A stretch of DNA of 64,000 nt from Raja brachyura (taxonomy: Eukaryota). Made by a program: the position numbers and the translations under genes. Below, piece after piece: positions 24,540-39,300 of this stretch. The notes beneath the pieces are model-generated. The model was not told the origin of the DNA. It worked only from the letters and a program-made list of their open reading frames with translations, and did not search any database. Position 1 is the stretch's first letter. Each line of letters opens with the position of its first letter. Where the stretch lies: the NCBI GenBank assembly GCA_963514005.1, contig OY740785.1, positions 9,796,001-9,860,000 on the forward strand. Reading direction: 5' to 3'.

Positions 24540-27199
24540 CTGGTTCGTGATGGAACAAACAGACAAAACAACTATGTGCGTGGACTCATTAACATTTACG
24601 AGTTATTTTTAAATCAGAAATGCTTTGAAGAATAAACAAATAAGAGTAACCTAGAAATTTAAAATCTGTTGAGTTATTCTACATTTTTAGCAACACAGTT
24701 TCTAATTGGGATCTCTAGCACAGAATAAATACATTCAAACTAAGTGAAAAGGAGACACATATTTAGCATATCATGGTATTTCACTTAGTAAACTAAAATC
24801 AAGAAAAAAAAAAAAAAAATTCTAACCATAGCATGGCAAATGACCAATAGGATTCTTACTGCAGATACTCACACATTGGATCAATGTGCTAGGAAACTAT
24901 CAATTGTGCACAACTCAAGATCTTTCATCCATTAATCATCTGAAAATTGTGAAGGGCAAACATACAAATTCCCAATATGTGGTTTCACTAAGCGAGGCTC
25001 TTTGGCAGGATACTACACTGAGAAATATATTCCTAACACCTGGAATATTTTTTGTGTTTGTTTCATAGGATTGATGATTGGTAATACCAGATGTACACAC
25101 CTTGGTGAGACTGCTGCTGAATCAATCAAACCAATTAAAGCATGGACCAAATTTGGGTTGGATATTCTTTATGCATATTTTAAATTACTATTATTATGCT
25201 ATAATGCTTTTAGTTCCACAGCAGACCACAACATTTTTAGTTCAATGCCTAGGAATCACTAAAAATTTGTTTTAAACACTGTGATTGCAGTTTCATTTAG
25301 CTTGGGTGTGGCACTTATGGTGCATGTGTAAAACAGAAAATCTGGAAACAGTTTGTGGTAGTAAGACGAGAATAGGTAACATTTCTGTATTAATGCATCT
25401 TTTTCTCTCAGATACAGAGTGATGCAGGGGGATTTCCATTATTTGCCATTTTAAATCCACATTTTGGGCATTTAAACAAGCTCACCCCTCCCAGAGTGCA
25501 GTGGAACACAATTAGTTTTGCATGGTATAAATATTTACCATGCTCTTATTTTTTTAATTCCTGATACGATTAAGCAAAGTTAACTTATTTTTAAGAAAGG
25601 GCAATCATATTTGAAAAAATTGACAGTAGTTTTTCTAGCACATTCAGAGCTTTGAGGAAATTTGACTTCTATACCTCAGGCTATCCTGTTTAGTTATTCT
25701 TCGCATTGATTATCTGGATTTTAAAGAGGTATTTGTTGAGATATTATTTTTTTAAATGTGTACATAAAATAAGCACTCACAGAATTGAGAATATTGAGGA
25801 TTAGTAACGTGGCAGAAAACAGAGTAGGGATCAACAGGTCATCTTTAGCTTTACAGATTGTAACTGATGGTGCCCCCCCAAGGACCTGCACTGGACCACA
25901 GCAGCACTGCAGACAATGCAGCTGACTCATAGTGCCAATGACACAAGTTTGATCCTAACATCCAGTGATTCCTCATACATCCCAAAGATGGGTTGGTTGT
26001 TAAGTTAACAGGTTTCTGTAAATTACTCTGTGCACAGTTGACCGATGGGGGGGGGGGGAAGAAATAAAGGACAAGTGAGAGAGAATAGTTTAAAGGGAAA
26101 TAAATGAGGAAATAAAATTGATGCAATTGCTCTGCAAGGCAGCGCAGACTCAATGAACTGAAGAGCCTCCCTCAAAGATGTAAGGAAATATAAAAATAAA
26201 TTATGAAAATATGAACCCCAACTATATGCAGCGACATTAGTGACTTAGATGGAAAAAGGACATGCACCACATCCAAAGGTGGAAAAGTAAGCAGCCACCG
26301 ATATTCTGATGTGAGTCATAGCATCAAGAACTTTATATCACAGAAGAATGCCATTAAAATGACAGTGTTTTGGTCAATGAAGAACTTCTTGTCAGGTCTG
26401 AGAAGGGAGCCAACCGGAAACATTGTCTGTCCATTACCCTCCACAGATGCTACCTGAGCCGCTGGAGGAACTTCTTCAATGGATTTGTTTTCAGGATCTC
26501 AGCAGAGCCAACATGGTCAGCATTTAAAGCCCTCCCTCAACTGTCTTCATAGAGTTAGTCATGGAACCACGGAGATATACAGCATAAAATCTGTATGCCT
26601 TGGTCCTAACAAGTCTGCACCAACCATCCAGGATAATATTGCATTAATCCTTTTTTTAAATTTCCCTATATACTCATCAGCTACTGCCAGATTCTACCAC
26701 TCACCTACAATACAGTAGGTCAATTTACAGTGGCTAACTAACCTACCACACTGAACATCTTTGGGATGTTGGAGAGAATTGGAGCATCCAGAGGAAAACC
26801 AATTAGTCACAGAAATAATGTACGGAGTTCAAAGAAGAGCTGCCTTCTTTAGCCACTGTAGTCCTTCTTGCAATGGTTTTGAAGGATCTGTTGGCATAGA
26901 TTTACTGATAATGAAAAACTGTTTTTATTTCCCAATGGCAATGATGTGCAACTTGGAGCAGAACTTGTCGGTGACTGTGTTGCCTTCTGCACCCTGCCCC
27001 TGTCCTTGACATAAATATAGCAGAATTGGGAAATGCCGTCAAAGTAGCCTAGATAAGTACCTGCCGTGTAATTTGTAAATACAACCACTATGGAGGGAAT
27101 TAGTGTAGGATAGCGAATGAGATGCCAATCAAGTGGGATGGTTTTTGGTATTAACATTAATACCATTTTCCATCTTTTTAGACATTATCACAAAATCAT

Positions 27200-29060
27200 T
27201 GCAGTAACACTATAGAATCCACTTTCCCATAAGCCTTGCAAACTGCTTTACCTCAATTTAGTATCCATTTTTCCAAAAAGCATTGGGTTTCAGATAATAA
27301 CCAATTTTAGTTGATGAAAGTTATTCCTCATTTCGCTCAAGTCATGCCATCACTTTCAATCTCTACCCCTTATCTTTGAACCTTATGGGAACAACCTCTC
27401 TCTATGTGTCCTATGCAAACAAATAAACATATGAATTAAGACCAAGAGTAGGCAGCTGTCAAGATCTTGTGTGTATCAATCAAATTCTTCTCAATCTTCC
27501 GAACCCATCATGATTTAGCACAGTATAAACTTGTCATCTTCGAAACCAATACATTTCTTCTGCTCTCTTTTGAGGACATTCATAACCTCTCCAAAATTTA
27601 GTGACCCAAATTGGATGCAGTAGAACCCAAATTAGTTGTTTTTTAAAGATTCAACATAGCCTCCCTGTTTTTGTAATCTGTGCCTCTGCTTATGAAGCTC
27701 ATTCCATATGAAGCTCATTCCAGACTATTTGCTTAACATTTTTTTGCCCTTTTCACAAATTTATGCACACAAACGCCAAGTTCCTTACACCCTTTAGAAC
27801 TGGCCATTTAGCATTTATTGCCTTCCCCGGTTCTGTCTTTCATAGTTATCACATCACACTTTTCCGCGTTAAATTTCTCAGCTTGCTGTCCAACCATTCT
27901 GTCAATCAGCCATCTTGTTTTGCTACCTCCAGGGATCTGTGCGTATGAACATCAAGATTCCCTATGCCTATCAGCATAATATTATTTTCTGCATATTCCT
28001 TTCCTTGTCTGTTCTTCGTAAAGTCATAGAGCTATACATCATTGAAACAGGCTTTAGGGCTCACCTTGTCCATGCTAGTTAATTTTCTGGGCTAGTCCAT
28101 TTGTCTACATTTGGTCTGTGTTCTTCTAGATGTTCCTATCCATATATCTGCCCAAATGTCTTTAGAAAGTATAATTGCATCCGCTTCAAGGCATCCTTTG
28201 GCAGTTCGTTTCAGACGTGGACCATCCTCTGAATGAAAATGTGCCTCATGATGTCCTTCTCTCCCCTCTCACCTTAAGCCTATACCTTCAAATTATAGAA
28301 ACCTCTACCCTGGGAAAGAGTGAGCATTCACTTTATTCTCGCCCCTCAAAATTTGTATACTTCAATAATGTCACCTCTCAGCCTCCTATGCGCCAAAGAA
28401 AAAAATCAAACCCATTCAGCCTCTCCCTAAATCTCAAGCCCGCAAGTCGCGGTAACATCCTTGTGAATCTTTACTGCACCCTTTCAAACTAAATGTCACC
28501 CTCCCTGTAGTTGGGTGACCACAACTGCACAAAATACACCAAGTTTGGTGAAACGCCTTCTTCCCTGTCCATTTGACTCACCATTTTCAGGGAACCATGT
28601 ATCTGTGCCCCCAGAGCTCCCTGTTCTATTTCACTTTCCAGCAGTCTCCTTTTCACTGTCATGCCCTGGCTTGACATGGTGGAGTACAATATCCACACTT
28701 ATCACAGTTAAATTGCATTTGCCATTCTTTGACCTATCTTTCCAACTGATCTCGATCCTGTGGTAAACTTAGATATCCTTGCTCATTGTCCACAATACTA
28801 TTATTTTTAGCATAATCTGCAACATTTATTAACAATGTTAATTACAATGTCATCGGAATCATTAATATAGATGAGACAGTGAACCAAGCACCGACTCCTT
28901 GGCACACCACTGGTCACAGACCACCACTCAGTAAAACAACCCTCAACAACTACCCTTTGATTCCTTTCTCGCAGCCAATTATGAATCCAATTGGCTAGCT
29001 TTCACCTTGGTTTCCATATGATCTAACCTTCCAGATAAGCCAACTGTGTTAGGACCTTGT
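27200..29060 (-). mobile_element. Cluster of decayed CR1 fragments
   Basis: CR1 3' UTR and RT-like remnants (VQLWSPNYR); boundaries approximate. Confidence 0.7.
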
Positions 29061-30319
29061 CCAAATATACTTTTTCACATTTGGATGGACTGATTCCATT
29101 CATCACTTCAGTGCCCATCTAACCAGTCAATTGGTGTCTTCTTGCAATCTACAATTATCTTCCTCATTCCAATGTTGAAATAATGTACAAACTTTTAAAT
29201 TACATTTAAACATAAATCACTTAACTATATGAAAAGCTTGGAGCCTTTGTTTTAAGTCTCTGTATTTGAGGAGACACCTGTCTTAGAATCAGCACAATAT
29301 AGATTTATTCCTGGAATGAAGGATGTTCGATGTGGAATGTTTCAATAGTGTCAGCCTATACTTACTGAAGTTCAGAAAAAGAAAAGTGTTCTCATTGAAA
29401 CATACAAGATTGATAGGCTAGATAACAAAGGCAGTTTCCTCCAGTTTGACTTTCTGGAAGTACAAAGACTCAGCATTAAGGATCAGAAATTTATCATTGA
29501 GATAAAGAGAAGCTTCTTAATTTTAAGGAAAGTAAAATGGTTGAGTTACACCTCATTGTAAAATGATTAATGTAATTTATCATGTGTACACCTGCTATTG
29601 GATAGTTTACAGGAAGTCAGGAGAATAAGCTCTGGTTAACAGACTGACATCACTGAAATAAGAAATTATATAAATTACATTATATACTTGGATGTTTGGA
29701 TGTCAAAATATGTCAATGGGAAAATGAATAAAAGAATATAGCCATCAATGCTTTCAAAAATACCTCCTAAAAGATGATGCTTTTATTTATCAGGTTAGTT
29801 CACTATATAAAATATGTATAGGTAAGTTAAATATATTTAATGGCTTTCTAAAAGAACAATAAGTATTTATAATGTATTTACAAAATATGATATTACACAA
29901 GAAAATAGACTCAATGTGCTGGAAATACTTTGCCTTGCTCTTTAACAGAACATTAACTTGATTGTTTTAATCTGGAGCCATGAAATGAAAATGTAAAGCG
30001 CTAATAATCCAAAGCATTGTTTTGAAGGCAATTGTCTTCTTTATGGATCCAAATTTAACAGAGCATTTTAATAAATTATTTAAAATATCTTTCCTCTTTA
30101 TCATAAAGGGAAAACAGGGGCAAAAATGTAACAAGAAGAGTAGATTGGAAGTTAGGTAATATGCAACGGCATATTTAAAGGAGAGCTTTTCAGTTGCTAC
30201 ATTGTGATTGTGATGAATGTCTCAAATCACTAGATTAAAATACAAAGCATCATCAATTTTATATTAATGATTGAATTTGTGCCCATTTCCCCTTCATTTG
30301 TGTTTTGCACCCTGCAACA

Positions 30320-31400
30320 GTACAGCATCAGCTCTGATTAGTCATAAACAAAATCCTATTTAATTGTACCAGAGTCGATCTACCCTTCACTGTGTTTTTT
30401 AATCTGTCCGTGGCCTTTCACACCATTGACTCCAACAGCCTATTCAAGCTTCTCTCCACCAGTAACACTGACTCCACCTCCCTTCCCCATCCCACCACAC
30501 TCAACTACATGTACAGACACACACATATATTTTGCTCTAGTGCCTCTCAGGGCCTTTCTTATCTCTTATTTTGAAGTAGGCTCACAGCAATATCATTTAC
30601 AACATGGTATCTATTTCCACAAAAGCTAGCAAATGTTCCACTGTCTCTAAATGATCAAACATTTAGTACCAAATGAGCAAATAACTCTTCCACTAAATTT
30701 TGGAAATATTAAAGTAATCCCAAAATACATTGTCTCTTTCCCTGGCAACTCTTTGAAATTGAATAATACTGCTCACAACGTTGACTTTAAATTCAGATCT
30801 CATATCCAAGCCGTCACCACAATCTTCTAGTTTTAGATCTGCAACACCATCTCATATCAACAGTGTGGCAATTGCTACAGAAGGATTCATCCATGTCTTT
30901 GCTGTGCCATATTCAATGACTTGAGGACACTCCACGCTGATTTCCCAACTCAAATATTTGTAAACATGAGTTCATCATAAACTCTTCTGTCCAACCCCTA
31001 AAGCACATCAGTCTCCCTCACACATTGCATGCTGATTTATACGGTTCCTGGTTAAACAACATCTGCCTTCCGATGTTCTTAGGCCTAATTTTATTCAAAT
31101 ACTTCTGTAACGGTAAACTAGCCTCGAGGCAATGAACCAAAATACCTGAATTATTTTATGCTGACCACTGATACACCTTAAAATGTAATCACTCCACCAG
31201 TTGTGTCCACTCTTTCAGTTACCAAGGACCTAAGTCCTGGCATTCCCTCTCTGTGTCGCTCCAAATTTTTTTTCTCCTTTAGGATGCTCCTTAAAACTAT
31301 GAGCAAGGGTTTGATGAACTTTCCAGGTGTCTCCACTTGGGAACTGGCATAATTCCTCATGTGATAACATTCTTGTGAATCACCTTGGGATGTTTTGCTT
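30320..31400 (+). mobile_element. Old L2-like LINE remnant
   Basis: FFNLSVAFHTIDS resembles L2 LLDLSAAFDTIDH; L2-like 3' end. Confidence 0.5.
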
Positions 31401-31552
31401 CATTTCAGCCACAACACAACTGGAAATTGTTGTTTCAATTCACATTTAACAAAATAACTAAATATTGAACACTGAAAATATTTACTTTGAACATTTACTT
31501 CAGAACCAAGATACTTGGACTCTTAAAGGAACTACAATTATCAATGACCTAC

Positions 31553-31706
31553 TTTGTAGTCTTTTACTAGGACTTTCCCCATGGACATGCCGCCGTGGCA
31601 TGTAGGGCGATGGTTGGGGCAGAGGTAGTGAAGATACGTCATGCGTCTGAAGTTTATACCAGTGTGGTTCATCATCCAGCAATGCCGTCTCCAGCTCTAT
31701 AAGGAT
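31553..31706 (-). CDS. RIMS1: RIMS1 exon, C2A end: ILIELETALLDDEPHWYKLQTHDVSSLPLPQPSPYMPRRHVHGESPSKRLQ(R)
   Basis: CAG/GTAGG, 154 nt, phase 0-1. Confidence 0.97.
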
Positions 31707-32839
31707 CTGTAAAAGTTTAGCAACGTCATCAACAGCAGTCTAAGAAGCAAGCAAGAGAGAACTGAATAAAGATATAATTAAAAACAGGACCCGGATGATT
31801 ATAAGCACAACGGACTGATAGCGAAAGTCCTTTTCCAAAGAATGTGGGAATTATAGAAACAACACAGGAAATCATCCAATCAATTAATTGCTGAATTATG
31901 TATTTAGTACTTTATTCAGTATAGGTCATAAAATAAGAATGGTCTTAAAATAAAGTATATGACATTTTATTAGATTGGGCATTATTATTCAAGCAAATAT
32001 TTTCAGTCTAACAACCTTAATGAGGCATATGTTTGAACACTTACCATTGCAACTTCTAGGTCAGAATTCTCTACACAATTCTATTATGGCAACAATTACA
32101 AGATAATTTCAGATTCTAGTCACTGGAATGGGACGTCTTTTAAAGTCTCACCTTGAACTTTTGCCACTATCTTATATTTCATATTTTATCTATATAACAA
32201 ATATAATTATCATTTGGTCTAGGGCAATGCTATGAACCATTTACTAATGTTTAAGTATTACAGCTCACAGCTCAAGTTCTTTAACTAGAAGTGAGCATTT
32301 ATACTCCAAAATGCATAGGAGCATCAATACGTAACACAACAGCAGCAAACTGGGCCTGCATTGCCAGATATTAGATAACCAACCATGTTGGAGCCATATG
32401 TTTGGAAGATGGATCACTTCCAATGAGTTATTCCTGTGATATCTCCACATAAAGCAAGCCTGAATTAAGCTAGTTCAAGACCTGATGGTCGATTACCTAG
32501 GATTCACACACATAGTGACAGCTCATCAGTCAAACCTTAATTCAGAAATTGTGATTGTGAGTCTTGTTAATTTTTATTCCCTCTTCCAAAAGTAGAGGAC
32601 CGAGAATGTCACACATGTCAACAACAAAAATGCTGCTTCTCTTTAAATTGCTCTCCTTTTCTCTACTTTTGTTGGGCAAATAAAAACGTTTTCCAATCAT
32701 TGTACATCTCTATTCTGAATGCCTGACCAAGCTATCCTTCCTAATTTCACTTTGTGTTAAAGGTTCAAATTGCTGAACATAGCAAATGATCAAAGATCAA
32801 ATTGCTAAGCATACCCATTTACTGAATTACCAGAATGTA

Positions 32840-34452
32840 CAGTGCTTTCAGAAAGTATTCAGACCCCTTCTCTTTTTCCACATTTTGTTACGTTACAGCC
32901 TTATTTTAAAATTGATTAAATCCTTTTTTTTATCATCAATCTACACACAATACACTATAATAAAAATAATGGTGTTTAGAAGTTTTTGCAAAGTAATTAA
33001 AAAGAAATAACAGAAATGTCACATCTACAAAAGTATTCAAACCCTTTGCTATGACACTCAAAATTGAGCTTAGGTTCATCCTGTTTCCATTGATTATCCT
33101 TGAGATGTTTCTACAACCTGATGGTTGTCCACCAGTGGTAAATTAAATTGATTGGTCATGATTTGGAAAGGCACACACCTGTCTATGTCAGGTCCCACAG
33201 TTGACAGTGAATATCACAGCAAAATCCAAGCCATGAAGATGAAGGAATTGTCCGTAGACCTCCGAGACAAGATTGTGTCGAGACACAGTTCTGGGGAAGG
33301 GTATAAAACAATTTCTGCAGCATTGCAGGTCCCGAAGAGCACAGTGGCGTCCGTCATTCTTAAGTGGACGAAATTTGGAATCACCCGGACTCTTCATAGA
33401 GCTGGCCGCCCGGCCAAACAGCAATCGTGGAAGGGCCTTGGTCAGGGAGGTGACCAAGAACCAGATGATTACTCTGACAGACCTCCAGAATTCCTCTGTC
33501 GAGATGGGAGAACCTTCCAGAAGGACAACTATATCTGCGGCACTCCACCAATCAGGCCTTCATGGCAGAGTGGCCAGACGGAAGCCACTCCTCAGTAAAA
33601 GGCGCATGACGGCACGCGTGGAGTGTGCCAAAAAGGTTGTTTTCTCTGGTGCTCTGGTCTGATGAAACCAAGATTGAACTCTTTGGCCTGAATGCCAAGC
33701 ATCACGTCTGGAGGAAACAAGGCACCACTCATCATCTGGCCAATACCATACCTACGGTGAAGCATGGTGGTGGCAGCATCATTCTGTGGGGACGTTTTTC
33801 AGCGGCAGGAACTGAGAGACTAGTCAGGATCGAGGGAAAGATGAATGGAGCAAAGTACAGAGAGATCCTTGATGAAAACCTGCTCCAGAGCTTTCTGGAC
33901 CTCAGACTGGGGCAGAGGTTCATCTGCCAACAGGACAACGACCCTAAGCACACAGCCAAGACAACTCAGGAGTGGCTTCGTGACAAGTCTGTGAATGTCC
34001 TTAAGTGGCCCAGCCAGAGCCCGGACTTGAAGCCGATCGAACATCTCTGGAGGGACCTGAAAATAGCTCCCCATCGACACTCGAAAATCGACACTCCCCA
34101 TCCAACCTGACAGAGCTTGAGAGGATCTGCAGAGAAGAATGGGAGAAATTACCCAAATACGGGTGTGTCAAGCTTGTAGCGTCATACCCAAGAAGACTTG
34201 TAATCACTCCCAAAGGTGCCTCAACAAAGTACTGAGTAAAGGGTTTGAATACTTATGTAGATGTGATATTTCAGTTCTTTCTTTTTAATTACTTTGCAAA
34301 AATTTCTTAAACATCTGTTTTCGCTTTTTATTATGGGGTATTGTGTGTAGATTGATGATAAAAAAAAAGAATTTAATCCATTTTGGAATAAGGCTGTAAC
34401 GTAACAAAATGTGGAAACAGTGAAGGAGTCTAAATACTTTCTGAATGCACTG
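32840..34452 (+). mobile_element. Tc1-family DNA transposon, IR-DR type, 1613 bp, TA target duplication
   Basis: TA|CAGTGCTTTCAGAAAGTATT...AATACTTTCTGAATGCACTG|TA; about 210-bp inverted repeats with inner direct repeat AAGTATTCAAACCCTT. Confidence 0.97.
33233..34235 (+). pseudogene. Tc1 DD34E transposase, disrupted
   Basis: GRP linker, [14 protein letters not shown], then 34 residues to E in PIEHLW, C-terminal GASTKY; frameshifts near 33418, 33635 and 34080. Confidence 0.95.
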
Positions 34453-34728
34453 TATTGCAGAACACAGTTGTACAACTTATAGCTTGCCAAAATTAAAAGT
34501 TCAAGAAATGTAATTATTCCTGCTCTGAACAACAGGGAAGGTTTTTTGGAGGAAGTCTAATTTGAGATGCGCTCAACACCCCTATGCCCATTTCTGCCGT
34601 GGTGAAGAGCAGTCCATGGATTCACAATGCATCAGCGAGACAGCTTTCTGCTGCACAATGTCTGACCAATGACACAAATGCTTTAGCAATAAAAATAAAT
34701 TCAGGATTAAAGAGTTTGTGTCTTTTAC

Positions 34729-34900
34729 CTCTCCAAGAAATCCACTTTCTTCTTCGTGCACTCGAGGCTGATCCCACAACGTGATCTCTAACATCCGTTC
34801 TCTAAAGTCTCTTCGGTGAACGTGAGAATAGATAAATGTTTGGTTCCATTTTGGCTCTAAGCTTCTCTTGACTGTTTTGGTCCTCCTCTTACTTTTGTCA
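34729..34900 (-). CDS. RIMS1: RIMS1 exon, C2A domain: DKSKRRTKTVKRSLEPKWNQTFIYSHVHRRDFRERMLEITLWDQPRVHEEESGFLGE
   Basis: CAG/GTAAA, 172 nt, phase 2-0. Confidence 0.97.
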
Positions 34901-37900
34901 CTGCCAGTTAAAATATATAGTTAATTTACATTTGCTAATCCTTTCAAATCATCACAATTCAAAAATACAAACCATGTCATGACAACGCATTCTACATATT
35001 CAAAGTAAATCATACAAAGTATTCTGGCAAAATGAAATATATCACTACAAATATAATCTACTTCAGATCCACACTCAGACTGTGTTGCCATTGAGGTTTT
35101 AAAAATAAAGGCAAATGTTTTTCTACACTTGAACTGTTTTTCTACACTTGAAGTTTGAAGATATTGGCCCAGATTTAGCAAATGCAATGACACAAACCCA
35201 TTGGTCTCTCTGTCACTTCACGATAAACTCTTAGCATCTTTGAGATTTCAGCATGAGACGGAAATTTCGGGGGCTGTGCATTATTCAGCACTTCTCCGCT
35301 GTCCATGCTGCCCATCAGAATCTACTATTAAAACATTCAGATGGTTGCAAACCATCTTGGAAAATTAGGGCTGTGTTGTACAATGGTTCAATTCAGTGGT
35401 TCAATGGTGCTGTATTGTCACATGTGAAAACGCACAGTGAAATTCAGTTCTGATATACAGTTCAGTAAAGTATTGCCACACCTAAGAACAATTCCCGATT
35501 AGCAACGTTTACAGAAATAGTCCACTGAGACCAGTGTTGTTAATGGCTAATAAACCACATGGCTCAAAAGATCTTTGGTGCTTGTGTTTTTTTTTATTTC
35601 CTCACACAAATATTTCTACATATAATGGATTATAAAACAAAATATTTAATGTACATTTAACTTAAAAATTGATTTACGATATTTTGGCTTGTCAATCCAA
35701 TGGAAATTTCCACCTATACTTTGTACTCCATAAAAAGTTCACAATGTTGTTTTTTTCCAAAGTGATTTGAGTGAGAATTCTTTAATGCGATTGTCTGTTA
35801 TTCCAGATTGATGAGATCACTGTTGCTAACATTGTCCCTTCACCACTGTCCTCAAACCGTGGGTCTAGTAACACATTGAACTCCGTTTACCAACCTGCCA
35901 TGCCCTTACCCACCCTTGGTATCGCCAACAATAAGAACGGGCAATCCAGATCCTAAAGCCTTGATCATCCAATCTCATTCGGAGTTTCATCCTCTTTAAA
36001 TTCAGGGGCCTACAGTTTTATGAAGAAGTCTGCTGTAGCATTGCTGCCTGATGGTTGAATACCAAGTAAAAAATACCAATATTTAGTACCATCTTGGGCT
36101 AAGTAAATGAGATTAATGGAATTGATATAGAGAGCCAAGAGACATTTATCAGTGCTGCATGTCTCTATGACCATCAACGATGTGCATGGTATCTAAATCG
36201 TATGTACTTTATTAAGTCACAAGTTGAGACCCGTGGAAGTTTAGGAGGAAAGTTATTTATTTGTATGTTTGTAAAGATTCTTTATAAAATGCACAATTTA
36301 CATGCAGCCAAAGGGGATTTAAATGGAATATGGTGGTATCACTGCAAGAAGAAAACAACAAAGTTTTTATATATCCTGTGGAATATTTTATTTCATTGGC
36401 AATAAAGCACATTTGAGAGTCCTCACCATTTAATTTAGGAAACAGGGCTGCTAATTTCTATGCTCAAGCAAAATCACATGTTCAACATGTTTTCTCTACA
36501 TGAAAGATGCCGTATCGAATGCTAAACAAATGCTGTATGCAACAAACTGGGAATTGAGCAGAAATTTACTATTTCATTTACATCAGGATTTGTTGATTGA
36601 ATCAAAAGATAATCAAACTATGCTAAATAAGGCAGAAGATCAAAAATATAAATGTGTGATTAGTAATCTCCCATTGGCCATTACGAGCTAAGAAGAGGGC
36701 AGTATCACAGAACTCTGTATATAAAAGATGCTGAAGGAGGCCCTGTATATGCCATCAGAGCCACATCACTTAAAAAAGAGCTACAATCTAATCCCCCCTT
36801 CCAGCACTGGGTCCTTAGTCCAGTCAGAGTTCTTCAAGTACACATCTGAGGATTGATAATGCGGGATTTTTTCCGTTTAAAATACTAGCAAACCAGCCTG
36901 AACAATGTGTAGAAAGAAAGAACTACAGATGCTGGTTTATATCAAAGATAGACACAAAGTGCTGGAGCAACTCAGTGGGTTAGGCAGCATTTCTGGAAAG
37001 GATAGGTGATGTTTTGGGTCAGGACCCTTCTTCAAACTGTAAGGAATTTGTTAATTTTAAGTAACTTCTACCTTCACATCGGCTTGTAATTTTCTCCCAA
37101 ATCCTAAAACCATGTCTGACATCTTTGCAAAATATGGCAATAAAAACAATGTTCCTCTCTCCTGATATCATGATGTCAGTGTTGATAGGGAGAAGCTGGT
37201 GAAGTTTATTGTTTTAATGTGAAAGGAGTGAAATCTGTGAAAGATTAAAGTGCTAGAATATGAAAGAAATGATCATTATAATGGATCTCTTGGCGCTATG
37301 CAGTAACAATAGAAATTGTTAATAGTTTCACTTTTGTGGGGAGAGGCAGAGAAGCAAGACTGTGTCTTAACACATTTGGAGGAGGTTTCCAGGAAGGAAG
37401 AGACAGAGCCCAAATTTGATGTACAGTTGACTGAAGGCGTCCTTGAGGAGAGAGAACACTGCTGGTCCAGTGCTGGAAAAGGTACTCATCATCTTCAGCC
37501 AGCAACTCCAGAATTCTTTTCACTGTCAAATTTTCTGAGGCCTGAAAAACCTGGTAGTAGCCACTGAATGGTAACCACTGAAATTCAATTAATTTTCAGA
37601 ACACTGAGAGTCTGATTTAAGCATGCATTCCTTTTAGCGCAAAACACACGTGATGCCCGTCCTATTAAAATGACTATAAACATGTCAAAATGATCCTTCT
37701 TCAACTATCATTGAGGCAATTTCTTAATTTTATAAACAGGTATACTGGGTAACACAAGCATAGCTTCAATACTTCTGATTTCTGCAAAATGGAAATTCTG
37801 GTTGAATTTGTCAGTTTGATTTCATTAAACAAGCACAAAAGGATTTATGTTCATATTATGTCTTTAATGCTGCAACTATGATCCTGCGAAGCTGTGATTA

Positions 37901-38029
37901 TTATAACATACTAAGTTTTGTCATTCGTAAATTCCATATTCCAGTGAGAATGGATTTTGTGATACAACACTGCCCTCTATTGTTACTGGATTGATTATAA
38001 AATCCACCAACCGTCTCTACCACCTTCAG

Positions 38030-38330
38030 TCAACTGAGATGTACGATGATCGAGACCTCAAACTTGACATCAAGGTCATTGTGTACGGAGAGGTTGTGAT
38101 TCCCACACTTTTGCATGCATCGGAGATGTGAGAAACTAAAAGTGGTCACCTTTGAGCACTTTGAGCAATTGTAATTGTTACTATAATTGTAACAACCTCC
38201 AAATTCACAATGTCAATGTCTTATCCAAGGCTCACATGATTGACATAGACTCATGGATCTTCTTGTCCAATGCCACAAATGTAAATATACATTCAGGAAG
38301 GCATCAGCCATTTCAAGTCTCTCTGAAGGA
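38030..38330 (+). mobile_element. Decayed RTE-clade LINE fragment
   Basis: Reads DDRDLKLDIKVIVYGEVVIPTLLHASE, similar to RTE TK..VY.AVV.PTLLYGSETW. Confidence 0.6.
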
Positions 38331-38699
38331 AGCATGGAGAAGTCAAGTGCAAAGAGTTGAAAGGAGTATTCAAGAACCCAATCAAGCTACCCACACACTC
38401 ACTCAAACCCCACCTCTCCCTCCTTGGCAGAGTCTGCATATCTCACGCAGAATCTCAAAACTCACGGAAATACAGTGGTAGCAAATTTACCGCAATGGAG
38501 AAAACGTTGCAAATAACATGGTTACATCGAAATCTTACATAGGAATTAATATTCGTCCGACAATAGTAATAAAGCCAATGCACTTGTGTATCACTGCCAT
38601 TCAGGCATTTAGGTTTAGATTGATTTATTCACTTAAAAAAATACACCCTGCGAAGTTCTGAGGCAATCCAGGCTATGGATCTAATTTAGAAACTGCGGA

Positions 38700-38838
38700 G
38701 GAAAGAACTGCAGATGCTGGTTTAAATCAAAGATAGACACAAAATGCTGGAGTAACTCAGCGGGACAGGCAGCATCACCCATTGGAGAGAAGGAATGGGT
38801 GACATTTTGGGTCGAGACCCTTCTTCAGACTGAAGAAA
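38700..38838 (-). mobile_element. Penelope-derived short repeat (further copies near 7570, 26395, 36915, 40085, 40357, 41445, 60820, 61610, 63000, 63920)
   Basis: Shared motif GATGCTGCCTGACCCGCTGAGTTACTCCAGCA...AGCATCTGCAGTT. Confidence 0.8.
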
Positions 38839-39300
38839 CTGTGGGTCCTGTTCCAATTTCTCTATTAACCTGTTTGCCAATGTCAGATAACCTGGCCTAG
38901 TAGGAAAAGGAAGAATGATAATTTAGTGGCATAACTATCTGATCATCCCAGTCGTCTTAATCTAATCTGACCTTCAGCAATTTCTGGTAAATGACGGACT
39001 TGCGAACAATGGGATTTACAATAATCCAATGTTCTCCATTCTTTTAGTCTAGCAGGGTGGCTAAGCTTTTTAATCAAGAAGACTAATGTTTGTAAAACTG
39101 TTCTAAAATAATGGTCAAAATCCTTAATAATTAAGAGGGTAGACTAGAGTTACATAGAGTTGACGACTTATTATCATCCATGTCCCTGTTATTCTAAGGA
39201 AATAAAATAAATAAGTGGAGATGTAACAACATTATGCCTACCACACAACAATACAAACAGATGTGCAGTTAATTTTTTTTAATTGATTCTCAATGTTCAC

